Source: Candidatus Rokuibacteriota bacterium
GTDB lineage: Bacteria > Methylomirabilota > Methylomirabilia > Rokubacteriales > CSP1-6
Assembly (NCBI GenBank): GCA_016184305.1
Contig: JACPCX010000122.1
Location: forward strand, 1-56,247
Direction: 5' to 3'
DNA: 56,247 nt
Made by a program: the position numbers and the translations under genes. This document shows positions 40,970-52,169 of this stretch, in pieces. Below the pieces are notes generated by a model. It ran no database searches. It was not told the origin of the DNA and saw only the letters and a list, made by a program, of their open reading frames with translations. The first letter of the stretch is position 1. Every line of letters starts with the position of its first letter.

Positions 40970-42211
40970 GTGAGCTCCGCGCTCCAGATCCTGATGCGCG
41001 GCCCGTACGCGCGGGCCATGCTCACCAACTTCCTCTTCTTCCTCGCCCTCAACGGCTTCCTGCTGCTGCCGCTGTACGTGAAGCGGCTGGGCGGCAGCGA
41101 GGCGGACGTCGGTCTCGTCCAGAGCATGTTCAGCGTGGCCGGCATCCTGTGCCAGCCGCTGATCGGCCTGTGGGTGGACCGCCTGGGCCGCCGCCTCTTC
41201 ATGCTGCTCGGCGTGGGCCTGCTCGCGCTGTCGTCGGCGGCCTTCATCGTCGGCGTCTCTATCCCGGTCGCGGCGGCCTTGCGCGCGCTGCACGGGATCG
41301 CCTTCTCGCTCTTCTTCGTCGCCAACTACGTCCACATCGTGGATCTCGTCCCCGTGGAGCGGCGCGGCTGGGCGCTGGGCATCTTCGGGCTCTCGGGGCT
41401 CGTCTCCACGGCCGTGGCGCCGCTCATCGGGGAGGTCGTCATCCGCCGCCTGGGCTTCGGATGGTCCTTCGCGGTCTCGTCGCTCGTGGCCGCGGTGGCG
41501 CTGGTCCTCGTGCTGCGCAGCCGAGACGTGCGTCCGCCCGTCATGGGGGCAGGACCGGGTGTCGAGGCGTTCCGCGTGGGCCTGCAGGAGCTGCTGCGGA
41601 TCCACATGGCCCTTGGCTTCTTCTTCGGACTGGGAACCGGGACCCTGTTCACCTTCCTCCCGACCTTCGCGGAGCACATGGGCGTGACTGGGCTGGGATT
41701 GTTCTACACGGGGTACTCGGCATCGGCCATGGCGGTACGCGTCTTCGGCGGGAATCTGATCGACACGCACGGTCGTCGCGCGGTCATCGTGCCCTCGATG
41801 TTCGTCCAGACGGCCGCCGTGGCTGTCCTGGCCCTCCTGGCCTTGCTCCTCGGCCCCACCGTGGACGTCCCGGTCCTGCCGTTCCTCCTCTTCGCCGGCG
41901 TGATGGCGGGAAGCGCGCATGGCTTTCTCTATCCCGCCCTCTCTGCGCTGGTCGTGGACGTCACGCCCGAGGCCCGGCGGAGCAGCGCGGTCGGCATCTT
42001 CAGCTCCGTCTGCCTTGTCGGCAACGCCCTCGGCGCCATGACGTTCGGGTACGTGGCCCACGGCCTCGGCTACGGCGTGATGTGGACGGGCCTCGGCCTT
42101 CTCCTGGCGCTGGGGATCCTCGCGAGCCTTAGGTTGAGGCCCCTGGTGCCCGCCGGTGCGGGCACGCAGCGTCCTCAGCCGGCGCATGTCGACCGCCGCG
42201 GGCATGGCTGA
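40970..42211 (+). CDS. MFS transporter
   Basis: About 12 TM segments, motif A GLWVDRLGRR and GNLIDTHGRR. Confidence 0.9.
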   Translation: MSSALQILMRGPYARAMLTNFLFFLALNGFLLLPLYVKRLGGSEADVGLVQSMFSVAGILCQPLIGLWVDRLGRRLFMLLGVGLLALSSAAFIVGVSIPVAAALRALHGIAFSLFFVANYVHIVDLVPVERRGWALGIFGLSGLVSTAVAPLIGEVVIRRLGFGWSFAVSSLVAAVALVLVLRSRDVRPPVMGAGPGVEAFRVGLQELLRIHMALGFFFGLGTGTLFTFLPTFAEHMGVTGLGLFYTGYSASAMAVRVFGGNLIDTHGRRAVIVPSMFVQTAAVAVLALLALLLGPTVDVPVLPFLLFAGVMAGSAHGFLYPALSALVVDVTPEARRSSAVGIFSSVCLVGNALGAMTFGYVAHGLGYGVMWTGLGLLLALGILASLRLRPLVPAGAGTQRPQPAHVDRRGHG

Positions 42212-42282
42212 GTTGACTTGATCCGTCCCCGGGCTGATACTGCTGGCGCGCTACGGAGTCGGGCGCGGCAGGGGGGTCAGCC

Positions 42283-42819
42283 ATGGGGGAACGCAGGCGG
42301 ATCGCAACGCTCGGCCTTCTGCTCGTATGCGGCACGGCGCTCCTGGCGGCCGGCGGCAAGAGCGAGGTGCCGTCCCCCAGGGCGCTCGGTCCCCAGGAAG
42401 TGGAGGTCGTCGGGCTGTTGCTGAGCCCGAACACCCTTCAACCCACGGTGGTGCTCCAGGGCAAGCGTGACAAGCGCACCTTCGCCATGGCCATCGGCGC
42501 TGCAGAGGCCACCGGAATCGCATTCCCCCTGCAGAACCTCACGCCCCCACGCCCGCTCACCCACGACCTCTTCCTCACGCTCTTCGGGCGCCTGAACGTG
42601 TCCGTGAAGAAGGCGGTGATCACCGACCTCAAGGACGACATCTACTACGCGACCGTGTATCTGGTGGCGGCCGGCGGCGACATGCAGCTCGACTCCCGGC
42701 CGTCCGATGCCATCGCGCTCGCCATCCGCGCCAAGGCCCCCGTCTTCGTCGAGGACCGCGTGTTCGAGAAGTCCGAGCGCCTCCAGCCGCCGCCCGCCGG
42801 CGCCCCGCCGAGGATCTGA
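42283..42819 (+). CDS. Bifunctional nuclease (BFN/DUF151) domain protein with N-terminal signal peptide/TM
   Basis: IG..EA..I, PPRPLTHDL, DSRPSDAIALA motifs; N-terminus RRRIATLGLLLVCGTALLAAG. Confidence 0.88.
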   Translation: MGERRRIATLGLLLVCGTALLAAGGKSEVPSPRALGPQEVEVVGLLLSPNTLQPTVVLQGKRDKRTFAMAIGAAEATGIAFPLQNLTPPRPLTHDLFLTLFGRLNVSVKKAVITDLKDDIYYATVYLVAAGGDMQLDSRPSDAIALAIRAKAPVFVEDRVFEKSERLQPPPAGAPPRI

Positions 42820-42821
42820 CC

Positions 42822-43793
42822 GTGGCGGCCGAGGAGGTGAAGGACGCCGTCCCCGAGCCGCCGAAGAACGGCGGCCAGCAGTGGGCGATCCAGCGCCGCA
42901 TCGAGGATGTCTTCGCGAAGCTCGGGGAGAAGTTCGGTGACCTGAGCGGGCGGGTCGTGGTCACCATCAAGCCGGAGACCTCCTTCGAGCACATCGGCGG
43001 CCTCGCCCAGGCCAAGGCGGCCGTGCGCGGCTTCGCCACGGCGCTCACCGACCCGGAGCTCTACCGCAAGTGGGGCATCACCCCGCCCAAGGGCCTGCTC
43101 CTCTACGGTCCGCCCGGCACCGGCAAGTCCATGCTCGCGCGCGCGCTGGCGACGAGCGCCGGGGCGATCTTCTACCACCTCAAGCTGATGAACCTCACGT
43201 CCAAGTTCGGCCCGAACACGGGCGAGCTCTTGCAGGAGATCGTGGGGATCGCCAAGGCCGAAGGGAAGGCCGTGGTCTTCCTGGATGAGGCCACCGCGCT
43301 GTCACTGGAGCACCTGCTCCCGCCTGCCCAGGCGCGGGAGGCCAGCGCCCGCCTGGTGGCGGCGCTCTGCGAGAAGATGGATAGCCTCGATGACTTCTCG
43401 CCCGTGATCGTCGTCGCCTCGACGAACCGGACGGACTCGGTGGATCCCTCGCTCGTCGCCCCGGGACGTCTTGACCGCCTCGTGGAGGTGACCCTGCCCG
43501 ATGGTCCCGCACAGCAGGAGATCCTGCAGCTGGCGAAGACGCAGGCGGAGACCGCCGCGGGCCGCCCGCTCTTCGAGAGCCTCGACCTCCGCTCGCTCCT
43601 GCCCCCCATGGGCGGGATGAGCGGAGCAGAGATCTCGGAGGTGCTCCGGCGGGCGCTCGAGCAGAAGGTGTACGCCGCGGGCGAGGGGCGGGACGCGGGG
43701 CTCGTCACCACCCAGGACCTGCTCCACCAGATCGACGCCTACCGTCGCATCCGCGAGGTCGTCGAGAAGCTCCGCTACGGCCAGTATTTGTAG
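42822..43793 (+). CDS. Stand-alone classic-clade AAA+ ATPase with C-terminal GQYL (proteasome-activator-like)
   Basis: FEHIGGL, PPKGLLLYGPPGTGKS, FLDEA, STNR..SVDPSLVAPGRLDR, MSGAEI, ends ...YGQYL*. Confidence 0.88.
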   Translation: MAAEEVKDAVPEPPKNGGQQWAIQRRIEDVFAKLGEKFGDLSGRVVVTIKPETSFEHIGGLAQAKAAVRGFATALTDPELYRKWGITPPKGLLLYGPPGTGKSMLARALATSAGAIFYHLKLMNLTSKFGPNTGELLQEIVGIAKAEGKAVVFLDEATALSLEHLLPPAQAREASARLVAALCEKMDSLDDFSPVIVVASTNRTDSVDPSLVAPGRLDRLVEVTLPDGPAQQEILQLAKTQAETAAGRPLFESLDLRSLLPPMGGMSGAEISEVLRRALEQKVYAAGEGRDAGLVTTQDLLHQIDAYRRIREVVEKLRYGQYL

Positions 43794-43813
43794 CCGGTAC
43801 GCGCCCGCCCGAG

Positions 43814-44236
43814 ATGGCCACCACGACCCACATTCGTGTGCGCTACAAGGACACCGACACCATGTCGGTCGTCTACTACGGCAACTACCTCACCTACTTC
43901 GAGGTCGGGCGCGTCGAGTATCTCAGGCAGGCGGGGCTGCCGATGGCGCAGGTCAACCTGCGGATCCACATGCCGGTGGTGGAGGCCCTCGTCCGCTACG
44001 TCAAGCCGGCCCGCCTCGACGACCTGCTTGCCGTCATGAGCCGCGTGAGCGAGCGCCGGCGCGCGAGCTTCACGTTCTCCTACGAGATCCGCAATGAGGC
44101 CTCTGAGCTGATCGCCACCGGACATACCCACCACGCCTGCTGGGACCCGCAGACGCAGAGGATGATCGCCATCCCCGACTGGCTCAAGAAGATCATGCCC
44201 GATGCCGACCTCGACCCGGCCCCGACTCGCCCCTAG
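43814..44236 (+). CDS. Acyl-CoA thioesterase (YbgC/4HBT family)
   Basis: RVRYKDTD.M.VVYYGNYLTYFEVGR, YVKPARLDD. Confidence 0.9.
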   Translation: MATTTHIRVRYKDTDTMSVVYYGNYLTYFEVGRVEYLRQAGLPMAQVNLRIHMPVVEALVRYVKPARLDDLLAVMSRVSERRRASFTFSYEIRNEASELIATGHTHHACWDPQTQRMIAIPDWLKKIMPDADLDPAPTRP

Positions 44237-44481
44237 CCTTCCGCGCCCCATCGCGGACCTGGCGCGGGACCTCGGCCTCGCCGAGGCCGAATGGGTGCCG
44301 TACGGGCGGGATATGGCCGCGGGGCTTCCGGATCACCGTGAACGGCGTCGAGATCTCGGCGGGGGCCGGCTTCCTCGTGGCGTTCGCAGGAGACATCGCC
44401 ACCATGCCCGGCCTGCCCCGCCACCCGAACGCGGAAAGCGTCGACGTCGCGCCCGACGGCTCCATCACCGGGCTGCTCTAG
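44202..44481 (+). pseudogene. fhs: Formate--tetrahydrofolate ligase remnant (N- and C-termini only)
   Basis: RPIADLARDLGL...PYGRDMA (Fhs N-terminus) joined out of frame to PRGFRITVNGVEISAGAGFLVAFAGDIATMPGLPRHPNAESVDVAPDGSITGLL* (Fhs C-terminus). Confidence 0.85.
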
Positions 44482-44627
44482 CAGGATGCGGAAAAACTCC
44501 GCAGGCCGCTCAAAAAGGTCCAGATGCGAGGCGGCGAGGGATGCGACGAGCGAGGCGTACTCACTGTACGTTGAGCGAGGAGCGACCGAGCCAACGAAGC
44601 AGATGGGCCTTTTTCAGCGGCCTGCTA
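44478..44627 (+). mobile_element. MITE/REP-like element, copy D (complete, no nested module)
   Basis: Starts at the CTAG stop of fhs; TIRs gcaggccgctcaaaaagg / cctttttcagcggcctgc (1 mismatch). Confidence 0.78.
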
Positions 44628-44659
44628 CCCGGCGGCGCCGGAAGAGGGCGCCGCGTGTG

Positions 44660-46801
<2,142 letters not shown>

Positions 46802-46911
46802 GGACCCTCCGAGCCGCTATGGTCTCACGCCCGGGACGCGCCAGCAAAGGTCCCGGCCCGGGACTATGTGCTATACTGAGCGCCGGCTACGATGTACATC
46901 GGCCAACATCC

Positions 46912-47901
46912 ATGATCGAAGTCGATCGGCTGACCAAGCATTACGGGCCTGTCACGGCCGTCCAGGACGTGTCCTTCACCGTCGAGAAGGGGACGATCGT
47001 CGGCTTCCTCGGCCCCAACGGCGCCGGCAAGTCCACGACGATGAAGATCCTGTCGTGCTTCATGCCGGCCAGCGGCGGGACGGCACGCATCGCGGGCTTC
47101 GACGTGTTCTCCCAGTCCATGGAGGTGCGCCGGCGCATCGGGTACCTGCCCGAGAACGCCCCGCTCTACCCGGATCTTCCCGTGGCGGCGTATCTGGACT
47201 TCGTGGCCGAGATCAAGGGCGTGCCCCGACGGGCGCGGAAGGGCAAGGTCGCCGAGGTGATGGAGCGCTGCTTCATCACGGACATGCAGCGCCGGCTGGT
47301 CGGCAAGCTCTCCAAGGGGTACCGGCAGCGCGTCGGGCTGGCGCAGGCGCTCCTGGGCGACCCCGAGGTGCTGATCCTGGACGAGCCCACCATCGGCCTC
47401 GATCCGAAGCAGATCGCCGAGATCCGCGCCCTCATCCGCTCGCTGGCGGGGCAGCACACCGTGATCCTGTCCACCCACATCTTGCCCGAAGTCTCCATGG
47501 TCTGCGACGGCGTGATCATCATCCATCGCGGGCGCATCGTGGCCCAGGGCACGCAGTCCGAGCTCGTCGAGCAGGTCTTCCCGACCTCCCGCGTGGCGAT
47601 CGAGGTGGGGGCGCCGGCGGAGGCGGTGGAGGCGGCGCTTCTCGGCGTGCCGGGGGTGCTTCGCGTGGCGGTGCAAGAGACGCGGGACGGCGCGGCCTCC
47701 TTCGTGGTGGAGGCATCGCGCGGCCACGACGTGCGCGGCGATCTGGCCCGTCTCGTCACGAGCCGCGCCTGGCCGCTCCTCGAGCTGCACCAGGTCGGCA
47801 TGAGCCTGGAGGAGGTCTTCATCCGCGTGGTGGCAGGCGAGGAGGCCGCCGAGTCCGCCGAGAGCGTGGAGACCCCCACGGCCACCGCCGAGGTCGCCTG
47901 A
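46912..47901 (+). CDS. ABC transporter ATP-binding protein (GldA-like)
   Basis: GPNGAGKST, LSKGYRQRVG, DEPTIGLDP. Confidence 0.92.
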   Translation: MIEVDRLTKHYGPVTAVQDVSFTVEKGTIVGFLGPNGAGKSTTMKILSCFMPASGGTARIAGFDVFSQSMEVRRRIGYLPENAPLYPDLPVAAYLDFVAEIKGVPRRARKGKVAEVMERCFITDMQRRLVGKLSKGYRQRVGLAQALLGDPEVLILDEPTIGLDPKQIAEIRALIRSLAGQHTVILSTHILPEVSMVCDGVIIIHRGRIVAQGTQSELVEQVFPTSRVAIEVGAPAEAVEAALLGVPGVLRVAVQETRDGAASFVVEASRGHDVRGDLARLVTSRAWPLLELHQVGMSLEEVFIRVVAGEEAAESAESVETPTATAEVA

Positions 47902-48668
47902 TGCGCTGGTGGCCCGTCTTCAAGAAGGAGATGCGGCTCTACTTCGGATCGCCCGTCGCCTACGTGGTCGGCACCTTCTTCCTGGTGATCTCGGGCTGGT
48001 TCTTCAGCCAGATCCTCCTCTTCTACAACATGTCCTCGATGCAGGCGGCCATGCAGCCGCAGATGGCGCAGAGCCTGAACCCCACCGAGGGCATCCTGCG
48101 GCCGCTCTTCTCCAACATGGCCGTGGTGCTCCTCTTCTTCATGCCCATGGTCACGATGCGGCTCTTCGCCGAGGAGAAGCGCTCCGGGACCCTCGAGCTG
48201 CTCCTGACCTATCCGGTCCGTGATGGCGAGATCCTCCTGGGCAAGTTCCTGGCGGCGGGCGCGCTCTACGTGCTCCTGCTGGCGCTCACGCTGCTCTACC
48301 CGGGCATGGTCTCGTACTTCGCGCGGGTGGAATGGGGCGCCGTCATGACGGGCTACCTCGGGCTTCTGCTGCTCGGTGGGACCTTCCTTGCCGTCGGGAT
48401 GCTGCTATCGTCCATGACCGAGAACCAGATCGTGGCGGGCTTCGCGACCTTCGGCATCCTGCTCGGGCTCTGGGTCGTCGGCTGGGGGGCTGACTTTGCC
48501 GGCGGGACGCTCAGGACGGTGCTCCAGTACGTCTCCATCACCGACCACATGGACAGCTTCAGCAAGGGCGTGCTCGATACGAAGGACGTGGTGTACTACG
48601 TGACGGCCATGGCCTTCGCACTCTTCCTGGCGCTCCGGTCGCTGGAGGCCAAGCGGTGGAAGGGATAA
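47901..48668 (+). CDS. ABC-2 type permease (GldF-like)
   Basis: KEMRLYF.SPVAY, TMRLFAEEKRSGTLELLLT.P, LGKFLA, TENQIVA. Confidence 0.9.
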   Translation: MRWWPVFKKEMRLYFGSPVAYVVGTFFLVISGWFFSQILLFYNMSSMQAAMQPQMAQSLNPTEGILRPLFSNMAVVLLFFMPMVTMRLFAEEKRSGTLELLLTYPVRDGEILLGKFLAAGALYVLLLALTLLYPGMVSYFARVEWGAVMTGYLGLLLLGGTFLAVGMLLSSMTENQIVAGFATFGILLGLWVVGWGADFAGGTLRTVLQYVSITDHMDSFSKGVLDTKDVVYYVTAMAFALFLALRSLEAKRWKG

Positions 48669-48672
48669 CGCC

Positions 48673-50292
48673 ATGAGCGTCCTCCGCCGCTGGGCTGCGT
48701 CCCTCGCGATCGTGCTGCTGCTCGGCGCGGGGGCGCTTGTCCTGTTCGTGCCCGCGCTCGAGCGGCTCCGCTGGGCCCTCGTCGTCGCGGGCGCCCTGCT
48801 TCTGGTCCTGTCGCTCGCGCTCAACGCCGGGTCCGTGGGCCGCGCCCTCGGGCAGCGCTCCACGCGCTACGGGGCGGGCGTGGGCGTGATGGTCCTCCTG
48901 GCGCTCGGCGTCGTGGTGCTCGCCAACGCGGTGTCCATGCGTCACAGCACGCGCTGGGATCTGACGGAGAACAAGCGGCACAGCCTCTCCCCGCAGACCA
49001 TCAAGGTGCTGCAGACGCTCAAGATGCCGGTGGAGGCCATCGCCTTTTTCCGCTCCGACACCCCAGGCAAGCGCCCTGCCGAGGACCTGTTCAAGCAGTA
49101 CGCATCCTACTCCGGCGGCAAATTCACCTCGCGGATGGAGGATCCCGACCGGGCGCCGGGGCTGGCGCGCCGCTACGGCGTCGAGAGCTACGGCACCGTG
49201 GTGCTGGAGCGCGGCGGCAAGGGCGAGACCAAGTCCGAGAAGATCCTGGACGCCGAGGAGGAAAAGCTCACCAACGGTCTGGTGAAGGTGACGCGGGACG
49301 GCAAGCGCGTCGTCTACGCCGTCAAGGGGCACGGCGAGGCCGACATCGCCGGCAGCGACCGCCCGGGGTTCAGCCAGGCCAAGGAGCAGATGGAGAAGGC
49401 CAACTACGAGGTCAAGGAGCTGACCCTCGCCCGCGATCCCACGATCCCTGGCGATGCGGCCATGCTGATGATTCCGGGGCCGCGCACCGATCTCTTCCCG
49501 CAGGAGCTGGAGGCCGTCGACTCCTATATCGGCCGCGGCGGGAAGGTCCTCTTCATGGCGGCGCCCTTCCAGGCGGAGGGCCTGCGGAAATACCTCGCGA
49601 AGTACGGCTTCGACATCGGCGACGACCTCGTGGTCGAGATGAATCCCATCGGGCGGCTGTTCGGAGTCGGACCCGAAGTGCCGGTCGTGAACCAGTACGA
49701 CAATCACCCGATCACGCGGGACATGGGCGGCGTCATGACGCTCTTCCCGCTGACGCGGTCGGTGTCCCCGGCGGCGACCTTGCCGAAGGGCGTCCAGGTA
49801 CGCACCCTGGCGCATTCGAGCCCGCAGTCCTGGGGCGAGACCGACAAGGCGGCGCTGCAGCGCGGGGAGGCCAAGCCCGATCCGCAGGACAAGAAAGGCC
49901 CGCTCCCCGTGGCCGCCGTCGCCACCATCGAGATCCAGGCGGACGCCAAGACGGGTGACCGGGGCGGCGCCAAGCCCGGGGTTCCGGGCGGGGACGGCGC
50001 CGAGGAGCGGAAGCCCGCGAAGGCCCGCCTCGTCGTGGTCGGCACCGCGAGCCTGGCCTCCAACCAGTTCATCGGCGCTCAGGGCAACCGCGACTTCTTC
50101 CTCAACATCGTGTCCTGGCTGGCCGAGGAGGAGGATCTGATCTCGGTGCGCGCGAAGGACGCAACCCAGATCCCGATCATGCTCACGTCCTCCCAGTCCC
50201 AGGCCGTGCTCTGGCTGCCCGTCGTGGTGCTGCCCGGCGCCGTCGTCGCCTGCGGGATCGTCGCCGTCGTCCGCCGGCGCCGCTCGAGGTAG
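48673..50292 (+). CDS. GldG-family ABC transporter auxiliary component
   Basis: WDLTENKRHSLSPQT, EEKLTNGL, GHGE, HPIT, GNRDFFLN, C-terminal TM. Confidence 0.88.
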   Translation: MSVLRRWAASLAIVLLLGAGALVLFVPALERLRWALVVAGALLLVLSLALNAGSVGRALGQRSTRYGAGVGVMVLLALGVVVLANAVSMRHSTRWDLTENKRHSLSPQTIKVLQTLKMPVEAIAFFRSDTPGKRPAEDLFKQYASYSGGKFTSRMEDPDRAPGLARRYGVESYGTVVLERGGKGETKSEKILDAEEEKLTNGLVKVTRDGKRVVYAVKGHGEADIAGSDRPGFSQAKEQMEKANYEVKELTLARDPTIPGDAAMLMIPGPRTDLFPQELEAVDSYIGRGGKVLFMAAPFQAEGLRKYLAKYGFDIGDDLVVEMNPIGRLFGVGPEVPVVNQYDNHPITRDMGGVMTLFPLTRSVSPAATLPKGVQVRTLAHSSPQSWGETDKAALQRGEAKPDPQDKKGPLPVAAVATIEIQADAKTGDRGGAKPGVPGGDGAEERKPAKARLVVVGTASLASNQFIGAQGNRDFFLNIVSWLAEEEDLISVRAKDATQIPIMLTSSQSQAVLWLPVVVLPGAVVACGIVAVVRRRRSR

Positions 50293-50309
50293 CTGCGGCG
50301 GCTTCCGCC

Positions 50310-52085
50310 ATGGGCTGGAAATCCCTCGTCGTTCTGGTCCTGCTCGCCGCCGGCCTCGGCGGCTTCTTCTACTACGACACCTACTGGCTCGCCCCTGCCC
50401 GGGAGAAGACGGAGAGCGTCAAGGGGCGCCTCTGGACCGTCGAGCCCAAGGACGTCCAGACGCTCACGCTCAAGCGCAAGACCGACACGGTGAAGCTCGC
50501 GCGCGCCGGTGACGGTGGCTGGGAGATGCTCGAGCCCGTGAAGACGCGCGGCGACCGCAATGCCGTGGACGGCGTGGTCACCACGCTCGCGACTCTCCGC
50601 GTGGATCGGGAGATCGACGGGAGCCCAGCCAAGCTCTCCGAGTTCGGGCTCGACCCGCCGGAGGTCCAGGTCACCCTGGAGGTCAAGGGGCGCGCCGAGC
50701 CGCTCGTGTTGCTGATCGGCGGCAAGAGCCCCACGGGGGCCTGGGTGTATGGCAAGGAAGGTAGCAAGCCCGCCGTGCTCGCGCTGTCCGAGGGCGTGGG
50801 CCGGGACGTGGCCCGCCCGCTGGCCGAGCTGCGGGACAAGACCGTTCTCTCCTTCGACCGCAAGACCATCACCGCCGTGGATCTGGACGTGGCCGGCGAC
50901 CGCATGACGGTGGAGCCCCAGGAGTCCGGCACGTGGCAGATCACCAAGCCCCGGGCGCTCAAGGCCGACGCCGACCTCATCGCCGACTTCCTCGAGAAGC
51001 TCGCCTCCGCCCGGGCGAAGGAGTTCATGGACGATACACCGAAGACGCTGGCGCCTTACGGGCTCGACAGGCCCACCACCGTGACGCTCTGGCTCGGGAA
51101 GGACAAGGAGCGCTCCTCCAAGGCGCTCCTCCTCGGACGGCAGGACAAGGACAAGAAGGGTGTCTACGTGATGCGCCAGGGCGAACCGGGTGTCATGCTT
51201 GTGGGCGAGGAGCTGTGGACGGCGGTGCCCAAGACGGTCGGGGTGCTCCGCGACAAGGTTGTGCTGGCCTACGCCTACGACAAGGTGGCCAAGATCGCGC
51301 TCGAGCACGCGAAGGGCGGGGTGATTCTCGAGCGTGACGGCAGCGGCTGGAAGCTCACGGCCCCCGAGCCGCTCAAGGCCGATCCGGGCGCGGTGAACGG
51401 TGTCCTCTGGCGGATCCGTGATCTGCGCGCCAGCGGCTTCCTGTCCGAGGACGCCAGGGATGTCCCGCGTTACCTGGCGAAGCCCGAGGTGACGGTCCGC
51501 ATCTGGGAAGAGGGCGCGAAGGAGCCGAAGGTGCTCCTGGTCGCCTCCTCGCGGGAGACTCGCGGGGGGCAACCGGTGGCGCTGGCGGCTGTTGCGGGGC
51601 AGGGGCCGGTGATGCTGGTGGAGGGCAAGGCCCTGGAGGATCTGGCCCGCACCGCCTCCGACCTCCGCGACAAGAGCCTCTTGCCGGCCTTCGAGCTCGG
51701 GGATGTCAAGCGGGCACGCCTGGCCGGTGGCGGCAAGTCCCTCCTGGTCGAGCGGAAGGGCGAGGCGGAGTGGCAGGTGCTCGAGCCCTCGAAGGGCAAG
51801 GCCAAGGAGGGCCGTGTGTCCGACGTCCTGCTGACGCTCAAGGCGCTCCGCTGGAAGGAGATCGCCTCTGCCAAGGGCGACGATGCCGCGCGATTCGGGC
51901 TGGACAGGCCGGAGCTCGAGGTGACGCTGTCCAGGGCCGACGGCGCTGAGCTGGCCACCCTCCTGTTGGGCAAGGAGGACGGGGACCGCACCTATGTTCG
52001 CGTGAAGACCTCCCCGTCGATCTACGTCATAGACAGCAAGCTGGTCCGCGACCTCCGAAAGGCCCCGTCGGAGATCCCGAGCTAG
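50310..52085 (+). CDS. DUF4340 repeat protein
   Basis: N-terminal TM; repeated W....P / (F/Y)GLD.P / LRDK units; typical position after GldG. Confidence 0.85.
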   Translation: MGWKSLVVLVLLAAGLGGFFYYDTYWLAPAREKTESVKGRLWTVEPKDVQTLTLKRKTDTVKLARAGDGGWEMLEPVKTRGDRNAVDGVVTTLATLRVDREIDGSPAKLSEFGLDPPEVQVTLEVKGRAEPLVLLIGGKSPTGAWVYGKEGSKPAVLALSEGVGRDVARPLAELRDKTVLSFDRKTITAVDLDVAGDRMTVEPQESGTWQITKPRALKADADLIADFLEKLASARAKEFMDDTPKTLAPYGLDRPTTVTLWLGKDKERSSKALLLGRQDKDKKGVYVMRQGEPGVMLVGEELWTAVPKTVGVLRDKVVLAYAYDKVAKIALEHAKGGVILERDGSGWKLTAPEPLKADPGAVNGVLWRIRDLRASGFLSEDARDVPRYLAKPEVTVRIWEEGAKEPKVLLVASSRETRGGQPVALAAVAGQGPVMLVEGKALEDLARTASDLRDKSLLPAFELGDVKRARLAGGGKSLLVERKGEAEWQVLEPSKGKAKEGRVSDVLLTLKALRWKEIASAKGDDAARFGLDRPELEVTLSRADGAELATLLLGKEDGDRTYVRVKTSPSIYVIDSKLVRDLRKAPSEIPS

Positions 52086-52169
52086 TCCCCCGAGCGGAGC
52101 GAGGCGAAACTCCTACCGCGCGCCCGGGGTTCCAGAGGCAGGAGGCTCTCTCCGAGGAGGTGGATTCCC

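Noticed and set aside
46912..52085. Gliding motility system
   Set aside because: GldAFG-like ABC modules with DUF4340 are widespread in non-gliding bacteria; no other gliding or T9SS genes are present here.
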